Shown: piece by piece, positions 27,001 to 38,960 of the stretch
Layout of the letters: every line of letters starts with the position of its first letter
How positions within the stretch are numbered: the first letter of the stretch is position 1
Assembly (NCBI GenBank): GCA_951406725.2
Contig: OX597831.1
Span: forward strand, 19,096,001 to 19,160,000
DNA length: 64,000 nucleotides
Direction of reading: 5' to 3'
Source: Octopus vulgaris
Lineage: Eukaryota
Notes under the pieces: model-generated
Told to the model about the DNA's origin: nothing
The model's database searches: none
The model's input: the letters and a program-made list of their open reading frames with translations, nothing else
Position numbers and translations under genes: made by a program

Positions 27001-27450
27001 TTGACATATGTTTTACTTTTTTCCTTATTCGTTACAGGTCAACACGCATGAATACCAAACGAATCCCATTCTTCAAATTTATCCGCGTCATATCTTACAG
27101 TTATAATCCTCTTTCAATATAATGCTACAGCGCGTAGATAATATTTTGTGGCCTGTTCTAATTTTGTTAATAACCGGAAATGTATATCTTCATCGTTGCT
27201 TACGATTACCACTAGAAAAAAATATTAAACATCAAAATATGGCCAGGTTTAATTTATTTAATTTGAGTTTTTCATGTTCGCGGAGTTTTTTGGAGGAAAA
27301 CCCTGTAGACTTCACAAAGTCATCGACCTTTTTTACCAAATTCTGCCAGGCATTATTCAACAGAGAGCATATTTCAATGAAATCTTTCAATAAAATCTCA
27401 GTTAACAAAACTTTCCGACGAACGGGAACGTGAAACTCTGAGTAACAGCT
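24063..27450 (-). mobile_element. Decayed Ty3/Gypsy retrotransposon in intron 1 of gene A (3' LTR at 24063-24334)
   Basis: LTR bounded by TG..CA with short inverted ends and an adjacent purine-rich tract; integrase zinc-finger region GHPGISRMKSLMRSYFYRPKMD; RT and gag remnants; no 5' LTR found. Confidence 0.85.
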
Positions 27451-27454
27451 TTTG

Positions 27455-27512
<58 letters not shown>

Positions 27513-28154
27513 GTATAGGGGATATACCCGATATATGGACTGGCCCTCAAATTATTTTAGATTATATTTTCCTCTTTGTATCAATGTCATGAGTTCATGG
27601 TCTGACATAAAATACATCTAAATTTACGTCATTTAGATATTGTAAACATTTTAAATACTGTGAAATATTTTGTACACCAAGTATGAATGGAAGGGAAAGA
27701 TTCTTGCCGAAATGATTCGGCTGATAAAATAGAACATTCTAAACATCATATCAACAAACGGAGACCGCAATTCATCCAGCAGATTCAAAACATTATCGAT
27801 TACAAACCGAGAATATAGATGTAGATTATTTTCGAAAATCTCGCGGTATCAGAGTTAAACATCAGAAGTGTGGGGCACAAAATCTTTCTGAACTGAGCTT
27901 CTGCTAATTTATGTCGTCCAGAACACAGAAAATGGTTTGATCTGTACCAAGTGGTTACTTAACAACGTTAACACGATCGCGAACATTGCAAGATTTGGGT
28001 TTTGGGAGAAGAAAATTTGGAAAAGACAAACGTTTTGTCCACTTATAAACAATTACTTATTAAGGTGGGAAAATGATCAGAAAACCGTTTGTATTCATCT
28101 TTTCAAATATATAATAACATACCAAGTATTTACTATTAATTACTCTACTATAAA

Positions 28155-28207
<53 letters not shown>

Positions 28208-28259
28208 CACTCGCAACTAGTTATGAAAATTCAGAAATATTTATCATTTCGCTACTTAC

Positions 28260-28296
28260 GGAAAAGAACAAAGAAAATAAATATGGAATAATTCAT
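28260..28296 (-). CDS. Gene A exon 1 (signal peptide): MNYSIFIFFVLF; spliced product is a 119-aa secreted 6-Cys-domain protein
   Basis: ATG + 12 codons + 1 nt, donor gtaagtagc; same size, phase and donor as exon 1 of paralog C. Confidence 0.88.
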
Positions 28297-28357
28297 TATG
28301 TATTTTCGTGTAGGACTCAATACCTGATCAATCTTTGACGATATAACGCTGCAAGTT

Positions 28358-28365
28358 CTTTTATA
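28358..28365 (-). promoter_or_regulatory. TATA box of gene A (TATAAAAG)
   Basis: About 62 nt upstream of the ATG; the same position holds a TATA box in B (47948-47955) and C (63878-63885). Confidence 0.7.
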
Positions 28366-28475
28366 ATAGTGATGTAACATGTGTTTGAACAGTGCAACAA
28401 CCTAATAAATTGGATTTATGGCGTTCTTTTGTAATATTTCCGACGTATTTGTTGATTTAGAGAAAATTGTCTACA

Positions 28476-28580
28476 TTATTACGTACGTTTGATGAATTGT
28501 TTAAAACATTTTAAACAATTCATCAAACGTACGTAATAAATGAAGACAGTTACTTTTAACTAAAGTAACTGTCTTCATTT
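28476..28580. repeat. Double perfect hairpin (31-bp and 19-bp arms)
   Basis: 28476-28506 pairs with 28509-28539, and 28538-28556 pairs with 28562-28580; absent from the paralogous site at ~48066-48120. Confidence 0.9.
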
Positions 28581-29110
28581 TTGCCTGTAAATTCCTAAGC
28601 TTCAAAAGGGTCGAGCGGCTATCAGGTATCGGAGGTGGGGTGGGTTTCAGCCTTTCAATCCTCATAGATGCCTACTGGGAACAATATATTTCACTCTTGG
28701 AAGAGTAAATATAAAATATTTCTCTGCTCTTTTCACAGCTATACTTCGTTCGGAATCTAATTAATAGTCTCTAAAATACTAATATATTCGGGGATTCCAA
28801 AGTTATTTTCGCGATTCATAAACCAGAATATCATCTGAAATGGCGCTATAATGGCACAACTCGGTCCATGTTGCTGACTGCATGTTAGTTAAAACGACAT
28901 CTTTAAGTCTCCCCGCACTAACTTTTTAGCCATATTTCACACTGAGAATGGTTAAAAAGCTAGAAAGTTTTCTGGGAAGACTAGAGGCAGTGCACTGTGT
29001 AGATATGGAGGATTTACAACTTTTACCATAAGATATATCGTGACGGATGTGCATTTGCCTTTCTAAGTTGCAATAGCTCACAAATACTTTTTCACTTAAC
29101 AGATGAACGT

Positions 29111-29146
<36 letters not shown>

Positions 29147-29148
<2 letters not shown>

Positions 29149-30370
29149 GATGAATATGGTACTTAAGTTAAAGGCATCAGATTTTAGTATGGTATTATCC
29201 ATATAATTCAAAATGACTAATTATAAATTATCATGTAAGGATTAATAATAGCATTTTTTTACTTTATTAAAAAAAGTTTTTTGTTAATAATATAATTTTT
29301 GTCCAGTAACTTGATAATTTCTTTACCCGATATTAAACACTAGTCATTTATAGGTATTCTCATGATAAGTAAATATACTTTTTAGTCTAAAAATTATAAA
29401 TTTATAAAATTTCTTCTAAGATCATACCTTACCTATTAATTTAAATAAGCTAAGTATATCTTATAATAAGTTTTTAGAACACAAATCCGTTTTACCCATT
29501 GTCTATAACATTCTACAGAGATTTATATTTTTATTATATTCATTTTCATTTCTTTACTTTAATTTCAAACCAATTTCTTACCCATTTACTCACTCTATCG
29601 TTTTATTTATAATATATCTCTATAAATTTCGTACTCAACTTATATAAAACTATTCTAGTATAATTCACTGTTTATTTTATAAATATAAGAAATATGCTTT
29701 AAATGGAATTATTAACATAATATATACATTTTTAACGTATTCCTTTAACTTTACTTTCCTTTATTAATACCAAAAATTTCCATTTAATAATTAAATATAA
29801 ATATATATAAAGTTAGTATAGAAATATATAAATATGGAATTATTTCTATATTCTCCATCCCTCTATTGCGTAAAATCGTTTGATAATACTAAAAATATTC
29901 TGAAATATTCTTCCTGTTGTTTTCTTTTTTAAACAACTCTAAAATGTACCTATGTATATATAAGTAACAATGCTTTTATAGTTGTCAAAGAGTTAATATG
30001 TTTTACTCTCCCTACCCTATCAGATTTAGCCTGAAAACTTAGCTGAAGTATATTCGTACTGAACCAAAATGTGTTTTTCTTCAAAGAAATCACGATTTAT
30101 GATTCTGCCACTTAAACAGTCTTCTTACGCTATCCATAAATGATAGATTCCAGTTTCTATTAGATTTGATAAACGAGTCTATAAATTAAGACTACACCCC
30201 CGTAGTTAATCTGAATAATAAATGTAATCAATGATAAGCAGTGTATTTCTTTGAAATAATCTCAGTTACAACTGTGATGTTGTCTATCTACTGATCTATT
30301 TATCCTCTTTGTGAATCTGGATAATAAGTAAACTATACAAATGAATCCTTAGAATTTAACTAAATTCTAT
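29147..30370 (-). mobile_element. Very decayed AT-rich Penelope-like fragment
   Basis: Only weak peptide remnants (TGIYHL, IIKWKFL) in the order expected for RT then endonuclease. Confidence 0.35.
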
Positions 30371-30376
30371 ATTTTT

Positions 30377-30466
30377 ATGCAGCTGGAGATTGCTCTACTT
30401 TTTTAAATTGATGCAATATTCGCATTGCTCAATTAAATGGAGTCGCATGAAACGATCGTACTGCAT
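30377..30466 (+). ncRNA. Hammerhead ribozyme motif with one core substitution (A6G)
   Basis: atgcag-CTGGAGA-...-GAAA-cgatcg-TA-ctgcat; a more decayed homolog lies on the minus strand at ~60295-60390. Confidence 0.6.
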
Positions 30467-30519
30467 TACTTCTGGATATTCTTGTTGCGTATTTTGATTA
30501 TATATATGTATATACTGCC

Positions 30520-33053
30520 ACCCACTCATAAAAATAAACGGGACTGCCGTTTGGGGAGTTAGGCTTCGGGACACGGCAAGCCTAAATATTGACACCCAAA
30601 CACTGTGAAATGTTCGTATTGGAACATTCAGTGCGAATGCCAAGCAATCCAGTATGTCGTTTCCAAATTTCCACTGACCCTGCTATACTGTGTAGTCGAC
30701 AAAATCTAAAATAAACAATGCGCACTGGCGAAATTAAAAATATGAGATGGGGTCAATTTACCCATCGCACCCTGTATATATGTGGGCCTCGTCTAGCTTT
30801 CACTGTGCATCTTTACACGTCGTTTCAACGCATACATACGTTCTGCAACAAACGTTGAGCTTTGTTCTTGCATGTGTATTTGTTGATCGGTGCATCTTTC
30901 TGTTTCATATAAATATTTTTCCTCCTCTTTTTCCGTTTATATCTGTTGCTATCCCTTTTTATTATATGGCCCCTACAGGTTATCGTTGTATCGGTTACTA
31001 CCGTAATTCGTGTCGATAGCGTTGTGACAATTAGAGTCAGCGCCTCGTTTCCTACTTGATTTCCAAGTCCCTTGTGGAAAAACTATCTTTTGTTATAGGG
31101 CCATTGGGTTCGTTACTTAAATCCTAGTTCACTTGCTTATATTGCTTTTGTCTATGTGATATTCAACTTTGCATACGATACCTTAACGATTTGCCATGTA
31201 AATACGCCATAGTATCAAATAGATTTAGGGGAAAATTATATCCAATTTAGTAAAAAAAACAACTTCTTCACAACCTCCATACTATATGTAATACGTAGAT
31301 AGTGTTGTACCACAAGACATCGATATATTTGTATTTTATATTCGGTTTGTGTTTACTAATGTGTGATGTGAGATTGTGACTATCGAATGCGTTTTGTGTT
31401 AATCACATTTCGGTGTTTCACTAGCGGTCTCCCTTTTACCTATAATATTTTGGCTTCCTACTTTTAGCCTATTCGAGTCATTTTTGTCGGTTTGCTGTTT
31501 GCCAATGTGTTTTTGTGTTCGATGTAGTTTTCGTAGCGTTTTGGGTATCAGAATTACATATATTATTACCTTGCAGCCTTATAAGTGGGTGCAAAGCATG
31601 AAAGCTTTGATATTCTATTAGAAATGTATTTTACTAGTATCCCTATTAAGGAGGTTGGGTGATTGTAAGTTAATGTACATGGACTTTTCGTTGGGCTTGT
31701 GAAAAGGTTCATACGATAGAGTACCCAAGCTGAAAGGAGCGTCTAAAAACAACTTTACGGAAATCATTTCATATAGCTATGCATAGGCTGAAATTTCTGA
31801 ATAATTTGAATAACACATTCCTCTCATTCTTTTTGTCTGCTTTACAACTTCGATCACGAAATGATAAAGCATATTCTCTATATAGACCACACCAGATTCT
31901 TGGAAGCCAGGATTCGATTAGGAATAGGATGTAGACTCTAACCAAGTCTGTGATCTGTGCGGCGTCACTGGATCCCGTCATTATATCGAAGGCATCCAGC
32001 AGATTCGACCTATTTCAACATTTCCCATTGCAATCTAAAAAGGTTCCTCTCGAACTCACTATTTGGTCTGATTCTTGCCGAGATAGAAGCGAGTTTGGTA
32101 ATGCAAAACTTAAGGCTTTATTGAAGAGAATTAGAATAATGTGTGAGTAATAGCTATCAATGTATTTCCATTATAATCGATTATAAGCAAGTCCATTACC
32201 TATAGAAAGGAATGATGCACCGCAAGCGGCTACGCAAAATCGCACGTGCAAGAGACTGATGCCCGATGGGACGAAATGATCGCAGTGTTTAATAACGTAT
32301 TTGGTGAAGTGCAAATGACAAGATACAAAATTTGGCAATAAGCTCCACACCTAGGTTTCGCCATTAACAAAATGTAAATACTCGTGGTAAGGCGATTTGG
32401 TGTCTTCTATCATATTAGGAATTCACCTTGTGGGTTTTCCTCTTATATATGTATGTAATATAATTTCGTAATCTTCGGATTTTTTTAAAGTATGCTAGGA
32501 CACTGGTATTAATTAACATTAATTTCTACCCTCATTATTTAACTTTTAATTAACCATGTTCTCTAACCGGTGAATTCGCTGAGGGGATTTTGAAACACCA
32601 GAGCTCTTTCCGCCAAAATGAAGAAATTTCAAATACACCCACAAATATAATTGGCAGAACTTTACACCCGTTCTCTTTCGGGAGGACGTATTGTGTCTAG
32701 TTCTGTGAATTATGTTTACCATGCGACGGCTTCACTGAAGAACCACGGACATTTACATTTTCTGAATGTTAATGGAGAAAACTAGGTATGCAGCATATTG
32801 CCAACTTTTGTATCTTTTCATTTGACTTGCTCGTTTTACATTCTGGCGTTTGCTGCAATTTCTTGAAAACACATTCTTCGTGGTAAGAGGATTTGGCGTC
32901 TTCTTCTAGCATATTAGTGATCCACCTTGGTGGTTATTCCTCTTATATATGTGTATGCAATATAATTTCTTAATCTTCGGATTTTCTAAATTATGCTAGG
33001 CTACATGTTTAAGTTGATACTAATTAATATTAATTCCTACCTTCATTATTTAG

Positions 33054-33055
<2 letters not shown>
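30520..33055 (-). mobile_element. Decayed Penelope-like element
   Basis: 31769-31981 GSSDAAQITDLVRVYIL...GLYREY aligns with GSSDSAQIADLVGIYIL...GLYRDD of the PLE at 50307; GIY-YIG remnant near 30770-30830; direct repeats 32380-32545 / 32878-33055. Confidence 0.75.
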
Positions 33056-33123
<68 letters not shown>

Positions 33124-33221
33124 TATGTATGTATGTATGTATATATATATATGTGTGTATATATATATATGTATGCATGTATGTATGTATACACGCATAT
33201 CTATGTGTGTTAATCAAAATG

Positions 33222-33788
33222 CGATAACTAGGCCAAAGGAATTTGATATTCCTAGGGCATTCATAAATAAAAAGGTGGTATTCTAGCTGTTTCATGAAAA
33301 TAAATGGTATCTCATCATCAGAGACGAGTTAATAGAGATTCAATGGAAGGAATTGTTAGAGTTAATTTGTTTAGAAGTTATTCTGGAGAGGGACAGATAT
33401 CCTGCAGAAAGATATGATGCAGAATGATATCATGGAGAAAATATGAAAATATTAATAAGTATTGGTGGTTAAAGTTGCTAAACCGTTTCCCAGGATAACG
33501 TTAAAGTTGCTGTTCCGTTATCCATGATGACGAAACAGCAGCTTTAAGATCTAACAAGTATTTTTATTTTTTCCGTTTATAATTTCTGCATTATATCTTA
33601 ATTCATGTGTATCTCCAGAATAACTTATTCTAAAAAATGAACACTGATGGTTCCTTCTATTGCAGATCTTTTAACTCGTCTCTGATGATGGCATATCATT
33701 TATTTCCCAGAAACAGGTGTACGAGCACTTTTCTATTTATATATGTCTTAGGAATATCAAATTGCCTTGGACTCGTTATCTTATCTCA
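33222..33788. repeat. Diverged fold-back (pLTR-like) element with degenerate hammerheads in both arms
   Basis: 33222-33460 is an inverted copy of 33580-33788; plus arm reads ctcgtct-CTGATGA-...-GAAA-caggtg-TA-cgag (33675-33725). Confidence 0.7.
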
Positions 33789-34033
33789 TTTAACATATAC
33801 ACGGTCACACACGACCTACCTTAGTCTCCTCACTAACGCCATTATTGAGATGGTGGGTTTATACTTGGATATTATCATACTCTTCTTAACATGAAACCAA
33901 TGGTAGGCTTAATTCACAAATAAAGAAATTTTTATCCACCAATGCGGTGTTGAGCACTCATTCCATCGTATTACAATATTTATGTGTGTATGTATCTATA
34001 TATATATATATAATCTATATATCTATCTATCTA

Positions 34034-34068
<35 letters not shown>

Positions 34069-34265
34069 TCAAAATGTGACCGCGTGTGTACCGTTGGCGA
34101 TTTTTTTCCCTCTGTCTTCCCTTCTCTGGATCTTTCCTTCTCCTATGTTTCCGACGAAGAGCTCCTTCTTTCCTTCTTTCCTGAGCGTCCAGCGTCCAAT
34201 AATACTATATTTGTTCCACGTCCTCGCATTGTTGTGTGTTGTTTTGTGCTTTCTTGTTTGGATTA

Positions 34266-34336
<71 letters not shown>

Positions 34337-34572
34337 AACTAAGGTTATAGAACAAACAAATGCAAGGTCAACCGAATAGCATTTCATAATTCGAACATTT
34401 AATCAGAATATACATATAAACATCCCGCAGGATGGAACATAATTCATCTGTACGAGCATACAAGCATATAATAAGGAACGAGAAAAAAGTTCATCACGGT
34501 TTAGAGTTAATACTTTAGCGATTCAGAAAAATACATTTTTTTAAAAAACATTACAACACCTAGTGTATTTTT

Positions 34573-34652
34573 TCCCCTGACGAAGGAGGTATTATCTTGA
34601 TGCACCCTAGTGCTTTAAACATAATAATACACCCCTGAAATGGCCATAGGGA
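34573..34652 (+). ncRNA. Type I hammerhead ribozyme
   Basis: tccc-CTGACGA-aggaggtattat...ataatacacccct-GAAA-tggcca-TA-ggga. Confidence 0.8.
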
Positions 34653-34748
34653 TTAAGTAAATATGGTTTCCTCTTTTTTAACTATAAGGCTTCTCTTACT
34701 TGAATGATAATTTTATAAGATTTCTAAACGATGAACTTTTATTTTATT

Positions 34749-35168
34749 TACTCTTTTACTCTTTTACTCTTTTACTTGTTTCAGTCATTTGACTGCGGCC
34801 ATGCTGGAGCACCGCCTTTAGTCGAGCAACTCGACCCCGGGACTTATTCTTTTTGTAAGCTCAGTACTTATTCTATCGGTCTCTTTTTGCCGAACCGCTA
34901 AGTGACGGGGACGTAAACACACCAGCATTGGTTGTCAAGCAATGCAAGGAGAACAAACACAGACACACAAACACACACACATACATATATATATATACAT
35001 ATACACGACAGGCTTCTTTCAGTTTCCGTCTACCAAATCCACTCACAAGGCATTGGTCGGCCCGGGGCTATAGCAGAAGACACTTGCCCAACATGCCACG
35101 CAGTGGGACTGAACCCGGAACCATGTGGTTGGTTAGCAAGCTACTTACCACACAACCACTCCTGCGCC
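34749..35168 (-). mobile_element. tRNA-derived SINE (octopus-type), best-preserved copy
   Basis: Head ggcgcaggagtggttgtgtggt (A box)...ggttcagtccc (B box); (aaagagta)n tail. Confidence 0.92.
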
Positions 35169-35204
35169 ATTTACATGATAAATATTATATATTTTTTATA
35201 TGCT

Positions 35205-35246
<42 letters not shown>

Positions 35247-35600
35247 CATATTTTTATATATTACTTTATATTATATTTTTACTTTCTAGGTGTTGTAATG
35301 TTTTAAAAAAAAATGTATTTTTCTGAATCGCTAAAGTATTAACTCTAAACCGTGATGATCGTTTTTCTCGCACCTTATTATATGCTTATATGCTTGTACA
35401 GATGAATTATGTTCCATCTTGCGGGATGTTTATATGTATATTCCGTGATTAAATGTTCGAATTATGAAATGCTATTCGGTTGACCTTGCATTTGTTTGTT
35501 CTATAACCTTAGTTTGACATATTTGTATCTTTCAATAGAGCACTTCTATAGCGGTCCTATTAATCTCTTTGTTCCTGACAAGAAACAATCACTGTATTAT

Positions 35601-35670
<70 letters not shown>

Positions 35671-35674
<4 letters not shown>

Positions 35675-35961
35675 AATTGCAGCATGGAAGGTGTTTATAA
35701 GCCATTTAAGAAACACACAAAAACCGTTTTGATTCACTTCAACATTTAAGTTTAATTTGTCAAAATATTTTCGTCGCTAAAATCCGCGACCTGTTCACTG
35801 ACAAAAATCCGTGATGCAGCACGGATTTTTGTCAGTGAACAGGTTTCAGATTTTAGCGACGAAAATATTTTGACAAATTAAACTTAAATGTTGAAGTGAA
35901 TCAAACGGCTTTTGTGTGTTTCTTAAATGGCTTATAAACACCTTCCACGCTGCAATTGTTT
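35671..35961. repeat. Near-perfect palindrome (~142-bp arms) carrying variant hammerheads
   Basis: Arms 35671-35813 and 35820-35961 with a loop of ~6 nt. Confidence 0.95.
35756..35805 (-). ncRNA. Hammerhead variant with G3:C8 core (GUGAACA)
   Basis: tttgtca-GTGAACA-g-gtcgc-ggatttta-gcgac-GAAA-atat-TT-tgacaaa; the mirror copy on plus (35828-35877) has a damaged stem II. Confidence 0.7.
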
Positions 35962-36012
35962 TCGTTTCAGCACACGATCTCAGATCAAATTACTTGCTAT
36001 GCGAGTACATCT

Positions 36013-36048
<36 letters not shown>

Positions 36049-36336
36049 TAACAATGAAGGGTGAAATTAATTAATTTGGAACAATTATCAATTACACCAA
36101 GTAGTCTTCGGCATGTAAAAGCCTCATTCGAGGAAAATTTAAGTAATACTAAGCAATTAAGGGTTTAGCAACGAATTGCCTTACCACACACCGAATTTAG
36201 AAATAGCAGTCAAAGAGATTATAGCTATTTCTTCTACTAAAAGGGAGATCACAGTAAAGGCACAGCATTTGAAAGGCAAACACAAACAGGTAAAAGAGAA
36301 TGAATTAACGGCAATCTATCATACAGTATTAAGTCA

Positions 36337-36428
36337 CTTACGGACGTACGTTTCGAGATCAAGTCTTAGGAAAGCATAAGAATTAGATAACTCTACTTTA
36401 CCCAGACTTCTTCTTTCATCAGCGCAGG
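36337..36428 (-). ncRNA. Type I hammerhead ribozyme (array unit 1)
   Basis: cctgcg-CTGATGA-long stem II (aagtct..agactt)-GAAA-cgtacg-TC-cgtaag. Confidence 0.88.
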
Positions 36429-36922
36429 ATACGAACAATCATGAATGATTGAATATTGAATTTTGAGATACTAGAAGGCACCAACTCAACTCAGTATCAG
36501 AGCGAGCTGGAAGTCACAGCTAGTATCACCAAATTCAAAGTATGAATGAAAGCTTGTGTCACCAGTCCCTTCCCACCCGCGTGTAGCCAAGACAAAGTGC
36601 TGTGGTCATTTACTGGGATGAATATGGTTTATGAGTAACAATGAAGGGTGAAATTAATTAATTTGGAACAATTATCAATTACACCAAGTAGTCTTCGGCA
36701 TGTAAAAGCCTCATTCGAGGAAAATTTAAGTAATACTAAGCAATTAAGGGTTTAGCAACGAATTGCTTTACCACACACCGAATTTAGAAATAGCAGTCAA
36801 AGAGATTATAGCTATTTCTTCTACTAAAAGGAGATCACAGTAAAGGCACAGCATTTGAAAGGCAAACACAAACAGGTAAAAGAGAATGAATTAACGGCAA
36901 TCTATCATACAGTATTAAGTCA

Positions 36923-37014
36923 CTTACGGACGTACGTTTCGAGATCAAGTCTTAGGAAAGCATAAGAATTAGATAACTCTACTTTACCCAGACTTCTTCT
37001 TTCATCAGCGCAGG
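36923..37014 (-). ncRNA. Type I hammerhead ribozyme (array unit 2)
   Basis: Same sequence as in unit 1. Confidence 0.88.
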
Positions 37015-37509
37015 ATACGAACAATCATGAATGATTGAATATTGAATTTTGAGATACTAGAAGGCACCAACTCAACTCAGTATCAGAGCGAGCTGGAAGT
37101 CACAGCTAGTATCACCAAATTCAAAGTATGAATGAAAGCTTGTGTCACCAGTCCCTTCCCACCCGCGTGTAGCCAAGACAAAGTGCTGTGGTCATTTACT
37201 GGGATGAATATGGTTTATGAGTAACAATGAAGGGTGAAATTAATTAATTTGGAACAATTATCAATTACACCAAGTAGTCTTCGGCATGTAAAAGCCTCAT
37301 TCGAGGAAAATTTAAGTAATACTAAGCAATTAAGGGTTTAGCAACGAATTGCTTTACCACACACCGAATTTAGAAATAGCAGTCAAAGAGATTATAGCTA
37401 TTTCTTCTACTAAAAGGGAGATCACAGTAAAGGCACAGCATTTGAAAGGCAAACACAAACAGGTAAAAGAGAATGAATTAACGGCAATCTATCATACAGT
37501 ATTAAGTCA

Positions 37510-37601
37510 CCTACGGACGTACGTTTCGAGATCAAGTCTTAGGAAAGCATAAGAATTAGATAACTCTACTTTACCCAGACTTCTTCTTTCATCAGCGCAG
37601 G
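37510..37601 (-). ncRNA. Type I hammerhead ribozyme (array unit 3)
   Basis: As unit 1, but the 3' strand cgtagg pairs fully with cctgcg. Confidence 0.9.
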
Positions 37602-37771
37602 ATACGAACAATCATGAATGATTGAATATTGAATTTTGAGATACTAGAAGGCATTCATACTTTGAATTTGGTGATACTAGCTGTGGCTTCCAGCTCGCTC
37701 TGATACTGAGTTGAGTTGGTGCCTTCTAGTATCTCAAAATTCAATATTCAATCATTCATGATTGTTCGTAT

Positions 37772-37863
37772 CCTGCGCTGATGAAAGAAGAAGTCTGGGT
37801 AAAGTAGAGTTATCTAATTCTTATGCTTTCCTAAGACTTGATCTCGAAACGTACGTCCGTAGG
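37772..37863 (+). ncRNA. Type I hammerhead ribozyme (inverted arm); predicted cut after C37857 (GUC)
   Basis: cctgcg-CTGATGA(37778-37784)-...-GAAA(37846-37849)-cgtacg-TC-cgtagg. Confidence 0.9.
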
Positions 37864-38021
37864 TGACTTAATACTGTATGATAGATTGCCGTTAATTCAT
37901 TCTCTTTTACCTGTTTGTGTTTGCCTTTCAAATGCTGTGCCTTTACTGTGATCTCCCTTGTAGTAGAAGAAATAGCTATAATCTCTTTGACTGCTATTTC
38001 TAAATTCGGTGTGTGGTAAGG

Positions 38022-38073
<52 letters not shown>

Positions 38074-38077
38074 ACTA

Positions 38078-38330
38078 AGACTATTAGAGGAAATACTGCA
38101 AGCATGGTAACTGCATCTATGATTGATCTTGTTACGTCATTGTCGGCAAGTTCTATTAAAAAAGCAGAAACGTAACTAATTAACATATACTTTCTTTTCT
38201 CGATTGTTCCTCCAAAGGTGTGCTTTAGAACGATTCATGTGATCTTACCATTCTACAATGAGACTATTCTTTCTCTAACAATCTTTTCTATATAAGTTAA
38301 GAAGGGAAATGTACATTAAAGAAAGTAAGC
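38078..38330. repeat. Dispersed copy of paralog C intron-3 sequence (55654-55915)
   Basis: Both copies begin agactattagaggaaatactgcaagcatgg; weaker similarity to gene A intron 3 (22920-23040). Confidence 0.8.
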
Positions 38331-38399
38331 AGTATAAGTTTAGTTGGGGTCATAGCTGGTAATGGATTGTGGTTCATTCTTTATTTATTAGTCTTTTCA

Positions 38400-38960
38400 A
38401 TTACATTGGTTGTACACAAATTCTCTTTAAATTGCGATTAAATAACCATAAATCATATTTTAACGACCCTAGAAAAGAAAAGAGTACCCGCCTATCAAAA
38501 AATGTCTGGTAACTGATAAGAGACGACATAGATTACAAAATCTGTTGGAAGATTATCTCTTCAGTTCCTACTTATAGGCTCAGCAGCAGGATATTTTAAT
38601 GTCTGAAAGAATGTTATAATTTTATGAAAAGGAACAATTCTCTATTGAATTCGAGAGATGAAAATTTTTTACTTTTAAACATATGTCACAATTCCATTGA
38701 GCCTAAACGTAAGCACCTGTAGGAAGAAATTATTATCAATATATTCAAAAATAAATATTAACCACTACCTCTCCATTTACTATTCTCTTTATATATATAC
38801 ACACATTTACTTTTACTTATTTCAGTTTCTTTCAACTCCCAGACATTTTTAGGGAGACTTGTTGCTGTTCTATTTTCAGGGTACCGAAACGAATTTCGAT
38901 GGAAATACACCCTTGTCTCGCAGGAATTTTCCCTGTCCCCTGTATATGTCTTATATGTTT
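38400..38960 (+). mobile_element. 3' fragment of a Penelope-like element (C-terminus of the GIY-YIG domain)
   Basis: STRLSKNVW*LIRDDIDYKICWKIISSVPTY parallels TTGLSKLIWRLKDTNLSYRLEWSILS of the PLE at ~52040. Confidence 0.65.

Larger units (their letters stand above)
21721..29115. repeat. Segmental duplication unit 1 (gene A); partner at 40022-48610
   Basis: 21721-26110 is nearly identical to 40022-44410; 27600-28160 matches 45570-46130; 28208-29115 matches 47798-48610 with more divergence. Confidence 0.97.
34334..35518. repeat. Fold-back element (~230-bp arms) enclosing a hammerhead and a SINE insertion
   Basis: 34334-34563 is the reverse complement of 35287-35518. Confidence 0.9.
36048..38022. 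repeat. Tandem array of ~587-bp hammerhead-bearing units (2.7 copies) plus an inverted partial unit; retrozyme or pLTR array
   Basis: Units start at 36048, 36635 and 37221 and are nearly identical; inverted arm ~37654-38022; (TA)n on both sides; no coding capacity. Confidence 0.95.

Noticed and set aside
27808-27986. Alternative first exons for gene A (MFNSDTARFSKIIYIYIL|gtttgt at 27862-27808; MFAIVLTLL|gtaacc near 27986)
   Set aside because: They are phase-compatible, but the exon at 28296-28260 matches paralog C in size, donor and TATA spacing. They remain possible fallback starts for copy B only.
35095-35168. tRNA-like sequence on the minus strand
   Set aside because: It is the head of a SINE repeated several times in the window, not a tRNA gene.
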